In this document: positions 20,395 through 31,588 of the stretch, one piece after another
Layout of the letters: each line of letters begins with the position of its first letter
Position numbering within the stretch: the stretch's first letter is position 1
NCBI GenBank assembly: GCA_963422735.1
Contig: OY730476.1
Span: 4,320,001 to 4,384,000 of the forward strand
Length of the DNA: 64,000 nucleotides
Direction: 5' to 3'
From: Candidatus Latescibacterota bacterium
GTDB lineage: Bacteria > Latescibacterota > UBA2968 > UBA8231
Notes under the pieces: model-generated
The model's database searches: none
Seen by the model: the letters and a program-made list of their open reading frames with translations, nothing else
Told to the model about the DNA's origin: nothing
Position numbers and translations under genes: made by a program

Positions 20395-21297
20395 TCAGCT
20401 AGCCCCTCCCCAAGTGTACACCTGCGCCGGCTTGGGCTCCCACACCAGTGCGTCGTCGATCCCCGGCAAGCTCGATAGCGCCTGGAACTCGCTGGCCATC
20501 GCCACGTACGCGTCCGTCTCGGCCAGCACCGCCGGCTTGCAGGCGATCGGGTCGCGCAAGACCGCAAAGCCGTCGGCCGTGCCAATGGCAAAGGTATAGA
20601 AGCCGTCCAAATCGTCGAGCGCCGCTTGTAGGGCCGCTTGCAAGGTATCGCCCTGCTGCATTCGCCACATCAAGTAGCCGGCCGCTACTTCCGAGTCGTT
20701 TTCAGTGCGGATTTCGATCCCTTGGCGCTCTAGGCGCGTACGCAGCCGATTGTGGTTGCTCAAGGAGCCGTTGTGTACTAAGCAGAGATCCATGCCCGTG
20801 GAAAAGGGATGGGAGCCGTCGGTGGTCACCGCACTCTCGGTGGCCATGCGCGTGTGCCCGATGATGTGTGTGCCGTGCATCGTGCGTACGCCGAAGCGCT
20901 CGACGATCTCGGCGGGTGCGCCGATCTCTTTGAGGATCTCGATGCTGCGGCCGATGCTCATTATCGTCAGGTTAGGGTCTAACCCAGCCATCGCCCGTCC
21001 CAGTGAATCTGCGTCGGCGCGCACCGCGATGACCGCGTAGTTGGCGTTGATGCGCAGGCTGGCCTCGCAGCCAAAATGCGCACCGAGTTGATCGGCCAGC
21101 CCCGGCCAGTCGTAGGCGTCGGCCGCGTGCCGCAAGGTGACTTTGATAAAGCCTTCCGGCGGCTCATTGCCGTAGAGCGCCAACCCCGCACTATCGGGGC
21201 CGCGATCGCTCATGCATATCAGCATCTCAGCGAACAGTGCGCCGAGTTGGTCGGCCAAGTTGCGTTTTTTTACGTACAGTCCAACAATGCCGCACAT
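20395..21297 (-). CDS. mgsA: N-methylglutamate synthase subunit A (class II glutamine amidotransferase, GlxB)
   Basis: MCGIVG, RGPDSAG, GHTRMATES, VHNGSLSNHN, RDPIACKP. Confidence 0.9.
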   Translation of the reverse strand: MCGIVGLYVKKRNLADQLGALFAEMLICMSDRGPDSAGLALYGNEPPEGFIKVTLRHAADAYDWPGLADQLGAHFGCEASLRINANYAVIAVRADADSLGRAMAGLDPNLTIMSIGRSIEILKEIGAPAEIVERFGVRTMHGTHIIGHTRMATESAVTTDGSHPFSTGMDLCLVHNGSLSNHNRLRTRLERQGIEIRTENDSEVAAGYLMWRMQQGDTLQAALQAALDDLDGFYTFAIGTADGFAVLRDPIACKPAVLAETDAYVAMASEFQALSSLPGIDDALVWEPKPAQVYTWGGAS

Positions 21298-21466
21298 TGC
21301 ATACTGGTCGTTTTAGTATTTAGTAAGATGCTTGTTCTACCGCTCTCAGTCAGATAGAGTAAATTACGCAATCGTTTAGTGTGCAACAACGCAACAAGGC
21401 GAATACGTGGACGTTTCTTGATAGCCATATTCAAACAGGCTCTCAACAACCCACAAAGGCGAATCA

Positions 21467-22162
21467 ATGACCAAATTTCCGGCAGTACAAGCCCTCACTT
21501 TCGACCTATTCGGCACGGTCCTCGACTTGGGCGGCAGCCTAACCCCGGCAATCGCGTCCTACCTGCGCGATAAAGGGTCTTCAGTAGCACCCGAGCACCT
21601 GTGGAACCAATGGCGGGCGCGCCAGCGCCTAGAGCAATATCAAGACAATATCCTCCTATTGGGCCACAGCGGCTATTTGGAGACGGTGCGGCGGGCCTTG
21701 ATCTACGTTTTGGCGTTGGAGGGAATAGGCGTGGCCGCAGGGGATGTCCCTCGGCTCATGGAAGCCTGGCAGCATCTCAACCCCTTCGCCGATGTGAAGA
21801 CAGCTCTTGAAAAGCTAAAGGGGCGCTACCGCCTAGTCGCTCTGTCCAATGGCGGGGCGGATTTTTTGGCCCATCTGGCGGCCAATCGCATTGGCTGGGA
21901 CTTCGACCGCATTGTCTCGGTCGAAGAAGTGGGTGCTTTTAAGCCGCATCCTCGGGTGTACCGCCGGGCCGCGTCCTTGCTGCACGTAGAAGTGGGGCAG
22001 TGCATGATGGTTTCGGCCAATTCATTCGATGTAATGGGGGCGCGGGCCTGCGGCATGAGGGGTGCCTTCGTCAACCGCAACGCCCTGCCCTATGAAGAAA
22101 CGCCGTACCGGCCCGATGTGGAGGTGAGAAATTTTACCGAACTAACCGGGGCACTGCTGTAA
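21467..22162 (+). CDS. haloacid dehalogenase type II (HAD)
   Basis: FDLFGTVLD, LSNG, FKPHPRVY, FDVMGA. Confidence 0.88.
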   Translation: MTKFPAVQALTFDLFGTVLDLGGSLTPAIASYLRDKGSSVAPEHLWNQWRARQRLEQYQDNILLLGHSGYLETVRRALIYVLALEGIGVAAGDVPRLMEAWQHLNPFADVKTALEKLKGRYRLVALSNGGADFLAHLAANRIGWDFDRIVSVEEVGAFKPHPRVYRRAASLLHVEVGQCMMVSANSFDVMGARACGMRGAFVNRNALPYEETPYRPDVEVRNFTELTGALL

Positions 22163-22278
22163 AGTCGCCTATGCCGCTCGGCTATACTACCAACCCACGT
22201 TGTCCTTTAGGCAGCGTTATGAGATCGATAATCGGATATCTCATAGGGCTGATCTGAGTCGGCGATGCCCGTGCCGAG

Positions 22279-22520
22279 GTGCTGGTCGGGGGATGGGTGC
22301 GGCTGGCTTTGGGACAACCAGCTATCGGCGCACAGGTGAGGCTATTTGCTGCGACCGATCTGCGCCGCTCGGTCCGCACTACCACCGATGAAACCGGCTA
22401 TTTTGCCCTGCCGCTAGCAGCGTTGAGTACAACCGTCCTGCCGCAACAATTTTCTTTAGGGCAGAATTATCCCAACCCGTTCAATCCTTCCACGATCATT
22501 CCCTATCAACTGCTGGTCTC
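22279..22520 (+). pseudogene. Fragment of FlgD-Ig/T9SS-tail secreted protein
   Basis: TTTDETGYFALPL...LPQQFSLGQNYPNPFNPSTIIPYQL, then degenerates; no signal peptide. Confidence 0.6.
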
Positions 22521-22552
22521 GGACGATCAGGCTGGTCAATCTATCGGATCAG

Positions 22553-23356
22553 TTACTGAGGCCGCGCATACAACGCCTCGAAGCGGTCTTGGGCCTCCCA
22601 TCCTAAGAGCCGCTTGGCCTTGTCAGGCCGGTACTTGTCGTGTGGCAGCCGCGCACAGATAAAGAAATTCTCGTACGGCGATGGCATCTCGGGTGCCCGC
22701 AACCCATACAAGAACGCTTCCCCGGTATCCTCCCACGAGGTCGTATAGGGATGCACGCCGCCGCCCCGTTCCTCGGGCAGCACTTCCCTCGGGCGAAAAT
22801 GCGTATAGACAAAGGAAAGCACCTCCAAGCCCTCGCGCTCGGCAAACACGCGCGTAATGTGCCCCCCGAGATACTTGCTCAGTGCGTAGAGATCGTCGCC
22901 TGGATGCAGCGGGATGTCGGCCTCCACCTGGAAGTCGTTCCAATAGTCGGCATTGTGGTCCAGCGAGGTGTGAAAAGGCCCGGTGTGGATCAGCCTTTTT
23001 ATTTTACAAGCGACGCAGGCTTTGGCCACGTTGTACGCGCCGACCATGTTGACTTGGAAGGCCAGCACTGGATGCGGCCGGATTACGGAGACATTGATCG
23101 CCGCGTCCATGCTCTCGCAGGCGGCCAGCACTTGCGCGTAGTCGGTAATATCGACAACCCGACTTTCGTGCGGCGGCCCCAACACTTCCGGGATCGGTGC
23201 CCGTGGACTCTGTGGCAGCGCGGCCGCGACCTCGGTCATCGGCCGGAGATCGGTCACCCGCAACGTGTAGTGGCCTTTGAGTGCGGCGATCGCGGACGCG
23301 CCGACCGGGCCACCCGCCCCAAACAACACCACCTTGCCTTTGTTCACCATTGCCAT
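22553..23356 (-). CDS. NAD-dependent epimerase/dehydratase (uronate dehydrogenase-like)
   Basis: LFGAGGPVG, YALSK; start MAMVNK at 23356. Confidence 0.8.
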   Translation of the reverse strand: MAMVNKGKVVLFGAGGPVGASAIAALKGHYTLRVTDLRPMTEVAAALPQSPRAPIPEVLGPPHESRVVDITDYAQVLAACESMDAAINVSVIRPHPVLAFQVNMVGAYNVAKACVACKIKRLIHTGPFHTSLDHNADYWNDFQVEADIPLHPGDDLYALSKYLGGHITRVFAEREGLEVLSFVYTHFRPREVLPEERGGGVHPYTTSWEDTGEAFLYGLRAPEMPSPYENFFICARLPHDKYRPDKAKRLLGWEAQDRFEALYARPQ

Positions 23357-23367
23357 AAAACCCCCCT

Positions 23368-23967
23368 TTAGGAGAAGCGTCCGCTCGATGCTACGTGCGA
23401 TAGCGACCAGTGGTGCCCTTCGCGCACGGCGGCAAGGGCTTGGCGCACGGCCGCCACGGCGTCGTCGGCCGTAGTCTCCGCTCCCAATGCACCGAGGCGC
23501 AGACAGCACACCTCGATCTGGCCGGTGCGGGCGATTTCGCGGCCGACCAGTTCGACCATAAGCGGTGCCAGCGACTCGGCCTCCGCCCGTGGCAGGGCAT
23601 TCCACTGCGGATCAACTAGATATTCCTCCGGATAGTCGCGCACCAAATCGAGACCACTCAGCAGCACCGCTTTCTCAATGCCGACGGCACAGGCCGCCGT
23701 CAGTGCCACGTAGGCGATCCGCGCCGCTGTGTCGAGCACGGCCCCTTCGTCGTCGCCGCCCGGATCGCCGCCCGTCGCATGGACGATGGCCTCCACGCCT
23801 GCAAGCACCGGGTCTAATGCCTCGCGCTGGAGCAAATCGACCTGCCGGTAGCCGGCTAGGTCGCTGGTTTCTTCTGCACCGAGCGCCACCACCTCAAAGC
23901 CCGCACCCAACTCAGCCGCTAGCAGTGCTCCCCAAGGGCCATCCGCGCCGATTATCGCTACGCGCAT
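23368..23967 (-). CDS. NAD(P)-binding epimerase-like protein (degenerate catalytic site)
   Basis: MRVAIIGADGPWG Rossmann start, CLRLG; no YxxxK. Confidence 0.6.
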   Translation of the reverse strand: MRVAIIGADGPWGALLAAELGAGFEVVALGAEETSDLAGYRQVDLLQREALDPVLAGVEAIVHATGGDPGGDDEGAVLDTAARIAYVALTAACAVGIEKAVLLSGLDLVRDYPEEYLVDPQWNALPRAEAESLAPLMVELVGREIARTGQIEVCCLRLGALGAETTADDAVAAVRQALAAVREGHHWSLSHVASSGRFS

Positions 23968-24008
23968 AGTATCTCCTCTACCAGAAAAGTCGTTTTGCTG
24001 TTCATGCC

Positions 24009-24287
24009 CTAGCCGCCTGTGGTGGTTTCCAGTTGAGGAATCGGATCGTCGTACTCTGTGAGAGCTTTGCAACGGAAAGTCATTACCTCATCAATTGACC
24101 TCTGCGGTTGAGGAAAGGGGTCGCCGTATTCCATCAGGCTCTCGATGTGAGAGGCGATGGCTTCGCGGATGTTTTCCTGAATCTCCTTCCAAGTTTCCCC
24201 AGTGCTTATGCAGCCCGGCAGATCGGGCGAATAGGCCGAGTAGTTGTTGGGCGTGCGTTCATAGGTCACCGCATATTTTAGCTTAAT
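24009..24287 (-). CDS. hicB: HicB-family antitoxin (start codon appears to be ATT, or GTG at 24269)
   Basis: KYAVTYERTPNNYSAYSPDLPGCISTGET..E...NIREAIASHIE. Confidence 0.78.
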   Translation of the reverse strand: MKLKYAVTYERTPNNYSAYSPDLPGCISTGETWKEIQENIREAIASHIESLMEYGDPFPQPQRSIDEVMTFRCKALTEYDDPIPQLETTTGG

Positions 24288-24289
24288 CG

Positions 24290-24422
24290 GTTTTTCTCCC
24301 TTAGTCCAGCCTGTCTCAGTATATTCGTCGGCGGTATCGACGGTGACTCCCCCGCGTCCTTACCAGCCTCTGTACCAATCGGATGACGTCTCTAACCCTT
24401 GGTATCCCCCAAATTCTTCATG
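24290..24422 (-). pseudogene. hicA: HicA toxin remnant
   Basis: Fragments PRVRDVIRLVQ, LVRTRG/SHRRY, NILRQAGL, with deletions and frameshifts. Confidence 0.6.
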
Positions 24423-24442
24423 CCAACCATATAGTACCTCCT

Positions 24443-25234
24443 CTACCAAGAAAGTTTCTCAGACAAGTTGTGAAAAAAGTACTTGTCGTCGAGGTATATC
24501 AGCCGCGCTGTGTGTGCAGCTTGGTCGACGTACACCTCTTGCCCGGGAGCCAGGCTGCATATTTCGCGGCCATCGGCAATGAGCACCACGCGACTATCTA
24601 AGGTCTCGGGACTGACGCGCAGCCGCACCCGTTTCTCGGCCGACAGGATCAAGGTCCGCGACGTGAAGTTGTATTCGTTGATGCCGTCGAGCAACATGCA
24701 GCGCACTTCCGGCATGACCAGCGGCGCCCCCATAGACAGCAACAGCCCGGTGCTGCCCGTTGGCGTACCAACGACCACGCCATCGCCGCGAATGGTGCGG
24801 ATTTTGGCGTCGTCAACAAATACGTCCGTAGAGAGCATTTTGTGGTGCGCCCGCAAGGTAACCTCGTTGAAGACCAGACGCTCGCCGCCGGGATAGCGGC
24901 AAGAGAGCACTAGGCGCTCGCTGACGAAGTACTGGCCATCGACTAAGAGCTGGACGATGTGCGCCAAGTCTTTGCGATCGCCAGCGGTCAAGAAGCCGAC
25001 GGTGCCAAAATTGATCGCCAGCACCGGCCGCTGTGGGAAGCGGGCAAAGGCGCGGAGTACCGTGCCGTCGCCGCCGAGCGCGATGACCAAGTCTAGACTG
25101 TCTGGGCACCCGTCTTTCTCGATAAAGCACACTGCGATCCCATGCGCGGCAAATAGGTCGCGCACCTCGGCTACCGGATAGTCCAAATCCTGATCGCGCA
25201 GCAGGACCCCGACCTTTTTTAATGCGAGCGGCAC
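24443..25234 (-). CDS. nadK: NAD kinase
   Basis: LGGDGT, GTVGFL, NE, GDGVVVGTPTGST. Confidence 0.88.
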   Translation of the reverse strand: MPLALKKVGVLLRDQDLDYPVAEVRDLFAAHGIAVCFIEKDGCPDSLDLVIALGGDGTVLRAFARFPQRPVLAINFGTVGFLTAGDRKDLAHIVQLLVDGQYFVSERLVLSCRYPGGERLVFNEVTLRAHHKMLSTDVFVDDAKIRTIRGDGVVVGTPTGSTGLLLSMGAPLVMPEVRCMLLDGINEYNFTSRTLILSAEKRVRLRVSPETLDSRVVLIADGREICSLAPGQEVYVDQAAHTARLIYLDDKYFFHNLSEKLSW

Positions 25235-25241
25235 CGACAGG

Positions 25242-26153
25242 CTACTCGGCCCGCGCTTGTTTGCCGGCCTGGGTCTCATAGGCCTTGATCAGCGCCTGAG
25301 TCCCCTCTTCGGCGCAACCAGCGCGCTCGACAATGTTGAAAAACTGGTGGGCTATGCTCACGGCCGGCAGGGCCAGCTTGACATCGTTGGCCGTCTGCAA
25401 GACCAATCGCAGATCCTTTTGCTGCAAATAGACCATAAAGCCCGGATCAAAATCGCCAGCGGCAATGCGTGGGCCTAAGTTGCTCAACTGCCAAGAGCCA
25501 GCCGCTCCGCCGCTGATGGCGTCGATGACTTTTTGTACGTCTAAGCCCGAGGTCGCCGCCAGCATTAGGGCCTCGGCCATGGCCATGTTGTTGACCGAAA
25601 CCGCGATCTGGTTGCAGAGCTTGGTAGTCTGACCAGCGCCGTTGGAACCAATCAAATTGATGTTGGTGCCCATGGCCTCAAAGACCGGCAGGCACTGGTT
25701 AAAGACGGCCTCGTCGCCGCCGACCATGATCGACAGGGTGCCGTTGATCGCGCCCACATCCCCGCCGCTGACGGGCGCGTCGAGCATGGCCACGCCCTGC
25801 TTTTGCAAGGCGGCAGCTACTTCGCGAGTGACTTTGGGCGAAACCGTACTCATATCGATGACGATCGCGCCCTCTTTGGCTCCGTGAATCGCGCCCTCCG
25901 CGCCCACGAGCACAGCCTCCATATCGGGCGTATCCGTGACGATGCTGATGATGACATCTGCACCCGTCGCCGCCTCTTTGGGCGAGCCGACGCGCCCGCC
26001 GCCCGCTGCGACGACCTCGTCAACGCGCGGCCGGTCGCTGCGGTTGTACACCCTGAGTTGATAACCGGCTTTGAGCAAATTCTTGGCCATGGGCGCACCC
26101 ATGATCCCCAAGCCGATAAAGCCGATTTGCGTCTGCCCCGGTGCTGCTGACAT
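25242..26153 (-). CDS. beta-hydroxyacid dehydrogenase (2-hydroxy-3-oxopropionate reductase family)
   Basis: GFIGLGIMGAPMA, DAPVSGG, KLCNQ, QKDL. Confidence 0.9.
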   Translation of the reverse strand: MSAAPGQTQIGFIGLGIMGAPMAKNLLKAGYQLRVYNRSDRPRVDEVVAAGGGRVGSPKEAATGADVIISIVTDTPDMEAVLVGAEGAIHGAKEGAIVIDMSTVSPKVTREVAAALQKQGVAMLDAPVSGGDVGAINGTLSIMVGGDEAVFNQCLPVFEAMGTNINLIGSNGAGQTTKLCNQIAVSVNNMAMAEALMLAATSGLDVQKVIDAISGGAAGSWQLSNLGPRIAAGDFDPGFMVYLQQKDLRLVLQTANDVKLALPAVSIAHQFFNIVERAGCAEEGTQALIKAYETQAGKQARAE

Positions 26154-26166
26154 GGTTCCTCTCCAA

Positions 26167-27987
26167 TTAAAACGTGAAAAAGCGATGCCGGTTGTCCTCG
26201 ATCTCGGCCGTCTCGTACAGATGCGCGAACCAGTTCTGCATGGCCTCCTGCTCGCGCTGGGCCTGAAGCTGAGCGACCACCTGCTCGCGCTGCGCGGCGA
26301 ATTGCTCCTCATCTACCGGTGTCTTCTCGAGTAGCTTCAGCAAGTAAGCCCCTCGCTTGCCGCCCTCGGTGACTTCGATCACTTCACTGAGTTGGCCCTC
26401 TTCCAAGCGAAAAGCCGCGCCGATCACCGCGTTGGCGCGGCCTAGACCCTCCACCGATTCAGTGCGCGTAAAAGCCTCGGGGGTGTGCAGCGCTAGCCCG
26501 GCGTTTTGGGCTGCCTGCGCGAGGGTGGCCCCGGCTTCTACTTCCCGCCGCACGGTCTCCAGCCGGACCGCGGCGCGGGCGGCCTTTTTGCGCGTGCGCA
26601 CCAACGGCTCAAGCTGGTCCTTTAGCTCGTCCAAGGGCACTGTGCCTTCAGGGCGTTTGGCCACCAGATGCGCCACCCACAACCCCGAGTCGTCCTCGAT
26701 GACTCGGCTGACGGCCCCAGACTCCTGTTCAAAAGACCAGTTGACGAGCCAAGTAGTGTTCGCACTGATACCCGGCACAGCTTGGCTCTTGCGCAGGAAA
26801 TTCGTGGCCGTCGCCTCGGTACCAGAGGCCGCGAGCGCGGCTGCAAATCCCTCGGCTGCGGCCTGCTCCTCGAACGCCTCAGCCGAACTGCGCAGGCTAT
26901 CCTCGGTCGAGCGCGAGGGCTTGTACCTGAGCAAGATGTGCCGGGCGTGTACCTTCTCCTCGCCGCTTTCCTCCAAGCGCTCTTCCACTTTGATCAGATG
27001 CCAGCCATAGCGCGTCTGCACCGGCTCGGAGAGTTCGCCGGCCGCTAAGGCGAAGGCCGCTTCCTCAAAGGGTGCGACCATCCGGCCGCGAGCAAAAAAA
27101 CCTAGGTCACCGCCTTGGGCGGCTGAGCCTTCGTCGTCGGAGATCACTGCGGCCAACTCGGCAAAATCTTTACCGGCCTCGATCTCTTGGCGCAGGCGGC
27201 CGATCTCCTCTTTGATCTCCAGCGAATCCTCGGCACTAGCCACCTTGGGAAAATGCACATACTCCAGCTTTACCTGATCGGGGTGCTCGTAATCGGCTGC
27301 GTTTTCTTGGTAGTAGGCGGTCAAATCTTCGTCTGCGACCTCGATCTCGTCATCCGGGGCGTCGCTGGGGGCGAATGCGTATTCGACACGCACTTTTTCA
27401 TTGGCCTCGGCAAAGTGCTGGCGCGCCTTGTTGGGACTCACCTGCGCGGTGCCTCGCAGCATCCGCTGTAGCCTGTAATCGAGCAATTGCCGCTCAATTG
27501 TGCTCTCGATCCACAGGACTAAGGCTTGGTTGTTAGGATCGCTGAGATTGGCCGGATTGCCGATGAACTGGGCGTACTTGTCCTTGTCGAACGCGCTGTC
27601 GGTCTGAAAGTGCTCGAATTCGCGCACGGCCTGCGGGGGCTCGTTCCGCGTGTAAAAGGCAATTTCCCCGTCGGTCACCTCGAATCCCAACCGCTCGTAC
27701 TCTTGGGTCAGGATGATCTCGCGGACGTAATAGTCCCACACCTGCCGCACGAGTAGGGCCTGATCGGCGCGCTGCTCTTGTGGCATCTGGCGCGCTATCC
27801 GCCGTAGCGCGTCTTGGAACTCCTGCAGCGCAATGGTCTCGCCATTGATCACGCCGACCGCATCGCCGACGTCGTTGGTGCGTGCACCCGAGTAGTCGGC
27901 TCCCCATTCGACGACGATCAAGCCGATGAAGGCGAATATCACAAACCACAGGACGAGCACCGTTTTTTGGCGCAACAAAGTCATCAT
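26167..27987 (-). CDS. PpiD/SurA-like peptidyl-prolyl isomerase
   Basis: N-terminal TM anchor, [32 protein letters not shown]. Confidence 0.88.
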   Translation of the reverse strand: MMTLLRQKTVLVLWFVIFAFIGLIVVEWGADYSGARTNDVGDAVGVINGETIALQEFQDALRRIARQMPQEQRADQALLVRQVWDYYVREIILTQEYERLGFEVTDGEIAFYTRNEPPQAVREFEHFQTDSAFDKDKYAQFIGNPANLSDPNNQALVLWIESTIERQLLDYRLQRMLRGTAQVSPNKARQHFAEANEKVRVEYAFAPSDAPDDEIEVADEDLTAYYQENAADYEHPDQVKLEYVHFPKVASAEDSLEIKEEIGRLRQEIEAGKDFAELAAVISDDEGSAAQGGDLGFFARGRMVAPFEEAAFALAAGELSEPVQTRYGWHLIKVEERLEESGEEKVHARHILLRYKPSRSTEDSLRSSAEAFEEQAAAEGFAAALAASGTEATATNFLRKSQAVPGISANTTWLVNWSFEQESGAVSRVIEDDSGLWVAHLVAKRPEGTVPLDELKDQLEPLVRTRKKAARAAVRLETVRREVEAGATLAQAAQNAGLALHTPEAFTRTESVEGLGRANAVIGAAFRLEEGQLSEVIEVTEGGKRGAYLLKLLEKTPVDEEQFAAQREQVVAQLQAQREQEAMQNWFAHLYETAEIEDNRHRFFTF

Positions 27988-28004
27988 AAGCAGTAGTTCT
28001 CCTG

Positions 28005-29033
28005 CTATCTTGCGTTTTTTTTGTTGGCTTCAGCAGTCAGCCGGTTCTTCAGCTCCGCAGGATAGCGAAGCAGGCAGGCCGTGCAGTGGCCGCCGCCCAG
28101 ATCGACGAGGCGCGGCACGACGCGGGTGCAGATCGCTTCGCGCTCTGGGCAACGCGGATGAAAGGCGCATCCCGAGGGTACGGCCGCCGGATTGGGCGCA
28201 TCGCCCTCCAAGAGGACGCGCTGCCGCTTAGTCCGCGGGTCGGGCGCGGGCACGGCCGCCAGCAGTGCGCGCGTATAGGGATGAGACGGCTGGCGGTAGA
28301 GCTGATCGCGTGCGGCCACCTCGACTACGCGCCCCAAGTACATCACGGCCACCCGATCCGAAATGTGGCGCACCACGCTCAAGTCGTGGGCAATAAACAT
28401 ATAGGTCAGGCCCAAATCGCGCTGTAGGTCTTGCAGCAAGTTGACGACCTGGGCCTGCACCGAAACATCCAGCGCAGACACTGGTTCGTCGGCGACGATG
28501 AACTGCGGACGCACCGCTAAGGCACGGGCAATGCCAATGCGTTGGCGCTGGCCTCCGGAAAACTCGTGCGGGTAGCGCCGCACACAATCCGCCGGCAACC
28601 CGACCATCTCCAGCAATTCCCCCACCCGCTCGGCCAACTCGGCGCGCTCGGCGAGTCCGTGGACCTTCAGGGCCTCGCCGATGATGCCGCCCACCGTCAT
28701 CCGCGGATTGAGCGACGCATACGGGTCTTGGAAGATGATCTGCATATCCCGCCGCTGCCGCCGCATGGCTTCCTTGCCCAACCCCAACAGGTCAATCCCG
28801 GCAAAGCGCACCTGCCCGGCCGTGGCCTCGATTAGCCGCAGCATGAGCCGTCCCAGTGTGGTCTTGCCGCAGCCGCTCTCGCCGACTACGCCCAAGGTTT
28901 CGCCGCGCCGAATCGCCAGATCAACCCCATCAACGGCCTTGACATGGGTCTGCACCCGGCCCCAAAACCCTCGGCGCACGGGAAAGTGTTTTTTGAGTCC
29001 CTTGACCTCAACTAAGGGTGCGGCTTGGCTCAT
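28005..29033 (-). CDS. oligo/dipeptide ABC transporter ATP-binding subunit (OppF/DppF)
   Basis: [28 protein letters not shown]. Confidence 0.92.
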   Translation of the reverse strand: MSQAAPLVEVKGLKKHFPVRRGFWGRVQTHVKAVDGVDLAIRRGETLGVVGESGCGKTTLGRLMLRLIEATAGQVRFAGIDLLGLGKEAMRRQRRDMQIIFQDPYASLNPRMTVGGIIGEALKVHGLAERAELAERVGELLEMVGLPADCVRRYPHEFSGGQRQRIGIARALAVRPQFIVADEPVSALDVSVQAQVVNLLQDLQRDLGLTYMFIAHDLSVVRHISDRVAVMYLGRVVEVAARDQLYRQPSHPYTRALLAAVPAPDPRTKRQRVLLEGDAPNPAAVPSGCAFHPRCPEREAICTRVVPRLVDLGGGHCTACLLRYPAELKNRLTAEANKKNAR

Positions 29034-30010
29034 GCGTCTTCTGCCTTCCAACAGCTCGCCCAGTGCCCGGCCTCGACTTCCTCTAGCGACGGCGCTTCAG
29101 CCCGGCAGTGGGCGTCGGCCAGCGGGCAGCGCGGGGCAAAGCGACATCCCTGTGGGAAGGCGCGGGAGTCGGGCACCATGCCCGGAATGATGTCCAATCG
29201 CTCCTGTTCGGCATCCAGTCGCGGGATCGAGCGCAGCAAGCCACGCGTATAAGGATGCCGAGGGCGGGCAAAAAGCGACTGCGTCGCCGCGTATTCGACG
29301 ATTTGGCCGGCGTACATGACCGCCACTTGGTCGGCGGTCTCGGCGATCACCCCGAGGTCGTGGGTGATAATCACAATCGCCATTTGCAGGGATTCTTGCA
29401 ACGACTCCAACAGCGCGAGGATCTGCGCTTGGATCGTCACGTCGATGGCTGTGGTCGGCTCATCGGCAATCAGCACGTCTGGGTTGCACGACAGCGCCAT
29501 GGCAATCATCACCCGCTGGCGCATCCCACCCGATAGCTGGTGGGGATATTCGTCAATCCGCTGTTCGGGCGCTGGGATCCCCACCAGCTGTAGCATCTCG
29601 ACTGCCCGGGCGCGCGCTTCCTGCATGGGTACTCGCTGGTGCAAGACCACGGCCTCGGCGATCTGGAACCCGCAGGTCAGCACTGGGTTGAGGCTCGTCA
29701 TCGGCTCTTGGAAAATCATCGCGATGTCGTCGCCGCGCACTCGGCGCATCTCCTCCTCGTTCAGCGCGAGCAAGTCTCGCCCCTTGAGCAGGATCTGCCC
29801 GGCTTCAATGCGGCCGGGTGGATCGGGCACCAAGCGCATGATCGAGAAGGCACTGACGCTCTTGCCGCAGCCGCTTTCGCCGACCAGCCCCAGCGTCTGG
29901 CCCCGCCCTACTGCGAACGACACCCCATCGACGGCGCGGGCGACGCCCTCTTCCGTGTGAAAGTAGGTCCGCAAATCGCGGACCTCTAGCAGAGGATCCT
30001 GCGCGATCAT
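29030..30010 (-). CDS. oligo/dipeptide ABC transporter ATP-binding subunit (OppD/DppD)
   Basis: [21 protein letters not shown]. Confidence 0.92.
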   Translation of the reverse strand: MIAQDPLLEVRDLRTYFHTEEGVARAVDGVSFAVGRGQTLGLVGESGCGKSVSAFSIMRLVPDPPGRIEAGQILLKGRDLLALNEEEMRRVRGDDIAMIFQEPMTSLNPVLTCGFQIAEAVVLHQRVPMQEARARAVEMLQLVGIPAPEQRIDEYPHQLSGGMRQRVMIAMALSCNPDVLIADEPTTAIDVTIQAQILALLESLQESLQMAIVIITHDLGVIAETADQVAVMYAGQIVEYAATQSLFARPRHPYTRGLLRSIPRLDAEQERLDIIPGMVPDSRAFPQGCRFAPRCPLADAHCRAEAPSLEEVEAGHWASCWKAEDA

Positions 30011-30786
30011 GCGCTGTCCCTTTCCCAGGCCGTAGCCCGGCGCACCTCGTCGTCGGCCAGCGCGTCCCAGCGCATTGTTGCACCAAGCTGGCGACTAAAG
30101 CCCTCGACCAAGCAATTGACCAGCGCGGCCCGGTCGATTGACCGACCCATGCAAGACTGTAAATCCGTGCTGTGCTCTTGTACCTGCCGGGTCCATTTTT
30201 GCCGCGCACCCTCGTCAATCTTCATAAGTTGCGGCAGACGCTCGTGCGCCCGGCCGAGCAAGATCGACCCGTGTTGCAGCAAGCGATGTCCGTAGCGTCG
30301 CTGTGCGCTGCCGACCAGCTTGCGCTGCCGGCACTTGAGCTCCCAGCGCGCCGTGCTGCCAAAGCAAGGACCCGACCGCGAGATCCCAACGCAACGATCG
30401 GCTCTTTCTAGCTCGACGGGGGCCCCGAAAAGCCGCAGCCCCTCGGCCAAGCACGCGCCTATCTTGCGGTGCGTCGCTTCTATCCCACCGCCCGCGACCA
30501 ATACCTCCGCGACGCAGACGACGCTGTAGGTCAATTCCTCCCAGTGCAGTACCGCGCGCCCGCCTGTGGGCCGGCGCACCAAGTTGATGCCCAGTGCGCG
30601 GCAGGCTTCTACATTGGCCTCGCGCTCGGGCTGCTGGTTCCAGCCGCAGGAGATAGCTGGCGGGTCCCAGCCGTAGAACCGCAGCACCGGGCCTTGGGCC
30701 GCGTCAGCGGCGAGAAGATGATCGACGCCCATGTTGTACATGCCACAGTTGGCACCCGTATCGACGACGCGCCAAGCAAGGTCCAT
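30007..30786 (-). CDS. lipoate-protein ligase A / octanoyltransferase LipM family
   Basis: [34 protein letters not shown]. Confidence 0.88.
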   Translation of the reverse strand: MDLAWRVVDTGANCGMYNMGVDHLLAADAAQGPVLRFYGWDPPAISCGWNQQPEREANVEACRALGINLVRRPTGGRAVLHWEELTYSVVCVAEVLVAGGGIEATHRKIGACLAEGLRLFGAPVELERADRCVGISRSGPCFGSTARWELKCRQRKLVGSAQRRYGHRLLQHGSILLGRAHERLPQLMKIDEGARQKWTRQVQEHSTDLQSCMGRSIDRAALVNCLVEGFSRQLGATMRWDALADDEVRRATAWERDSA

Positions 30787-31544
30787 TAGAGTGCGTCCAA
30801 ACTCTCGAGGGCGTCCTTGGCCGCCATCTGTTGCGCCTCCTTCTTGCTCCGTCCCTGGCCCCGACCTATGCGCTGGCCGGTGATACACACTTCGATGCTG
30901 AAGATCTTGTCGTGGTCTGGCCCCTCCTCTGCGCGAACCAAGTAGCGGGGATGGCCATTACCCATGCTCTGCGCGTATTCGAGCAACTTGCTCTTGAAGT
31001 TGACGTACGCGTCCTGTTGAACTAGTTGGTGAAAATCCGCGAGCACGGCGCGCCGGACAAAGGCGCGGGCGGCGGACAAGCCACCGTCGATATAGATCGC
31101 TCCAATCAGCGACTCCAAGGCGTCGCAGAGGATCGATGGCTGTTGTCCGCCGTTGGCCTCGCGCTCGTCCGCGCTCAGCAACACAAAATCCCTCACCCCA
31201 AGGCGATCCGCTTGGCGCGCCAGCACCGTGCGGCTGACCAACAGCGACTTCATCTGGGTTAAATCGCCCTCGCCCTTGTCCTCAAAGCGGTGGAAGAGGT
31301 AGTCGGTGACCAACAGCTCCAGCACGGCGTCCCCGAGAAATTCGAGCCGCTCGTTCGACTCAATGCGGTCGCTGCCCTCCTCAGCGTACACATACGATCG
31401 ATGCTTGAGGGCCTTGACCAACAAATCCTTGTCCTTGAAGTAGTAGCCCAACCGATTTTCGAGGGCGCACTGCGAATCCAAGGCAAGCTTTTCTGGGTCG
31501 CCCGCCGATTTGCGGCGATTCCAAAGGGTTGAAATCCAGCTCAT
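30786..31544 (-). CDS. rnc: ribonuclease III
   Basis: SNERLEFLGDAVL, ESLIGAIYIDGG, dsRBD GRSKKEAQQMAA. Confidence 0.95.
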   Translation of the reverse strand: MSWISTLWNRRKSAGDPEKLALDSQCALENRLGYYFKDKDLLVKALKHRSYVYAEEGSDRIESNERLEFLGDAVLELLVTDYLFHRFEDKGEGDLTQMKSLLVSRTVLARQADRLGVRDFVLLSADEREANGGQQPSILCDALESLIGAIYIDGGLSAARAFVRRAVLADFHQLVQQDAYVNFKSKLLEYAQSMGNGHPRYLVRAEEGPDHDKIFSIEVCITGQRIGRGQGRSKKEAQQMAAKDALESLDAL

Positions 31545-31588
31545 CTGCCTAATACCCGATTGAAAACCCCGTTTGCACGGGGAGTGTG

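Noticed and set aside
15349-21297. Ordinary glutamine synthetase / glutamate synthase / sarcosine oxidase annotation
   Set aside because: The split three-gene synthase plus type III GS plus sox-like genes is the N-methylglutamate pathway arrangement.
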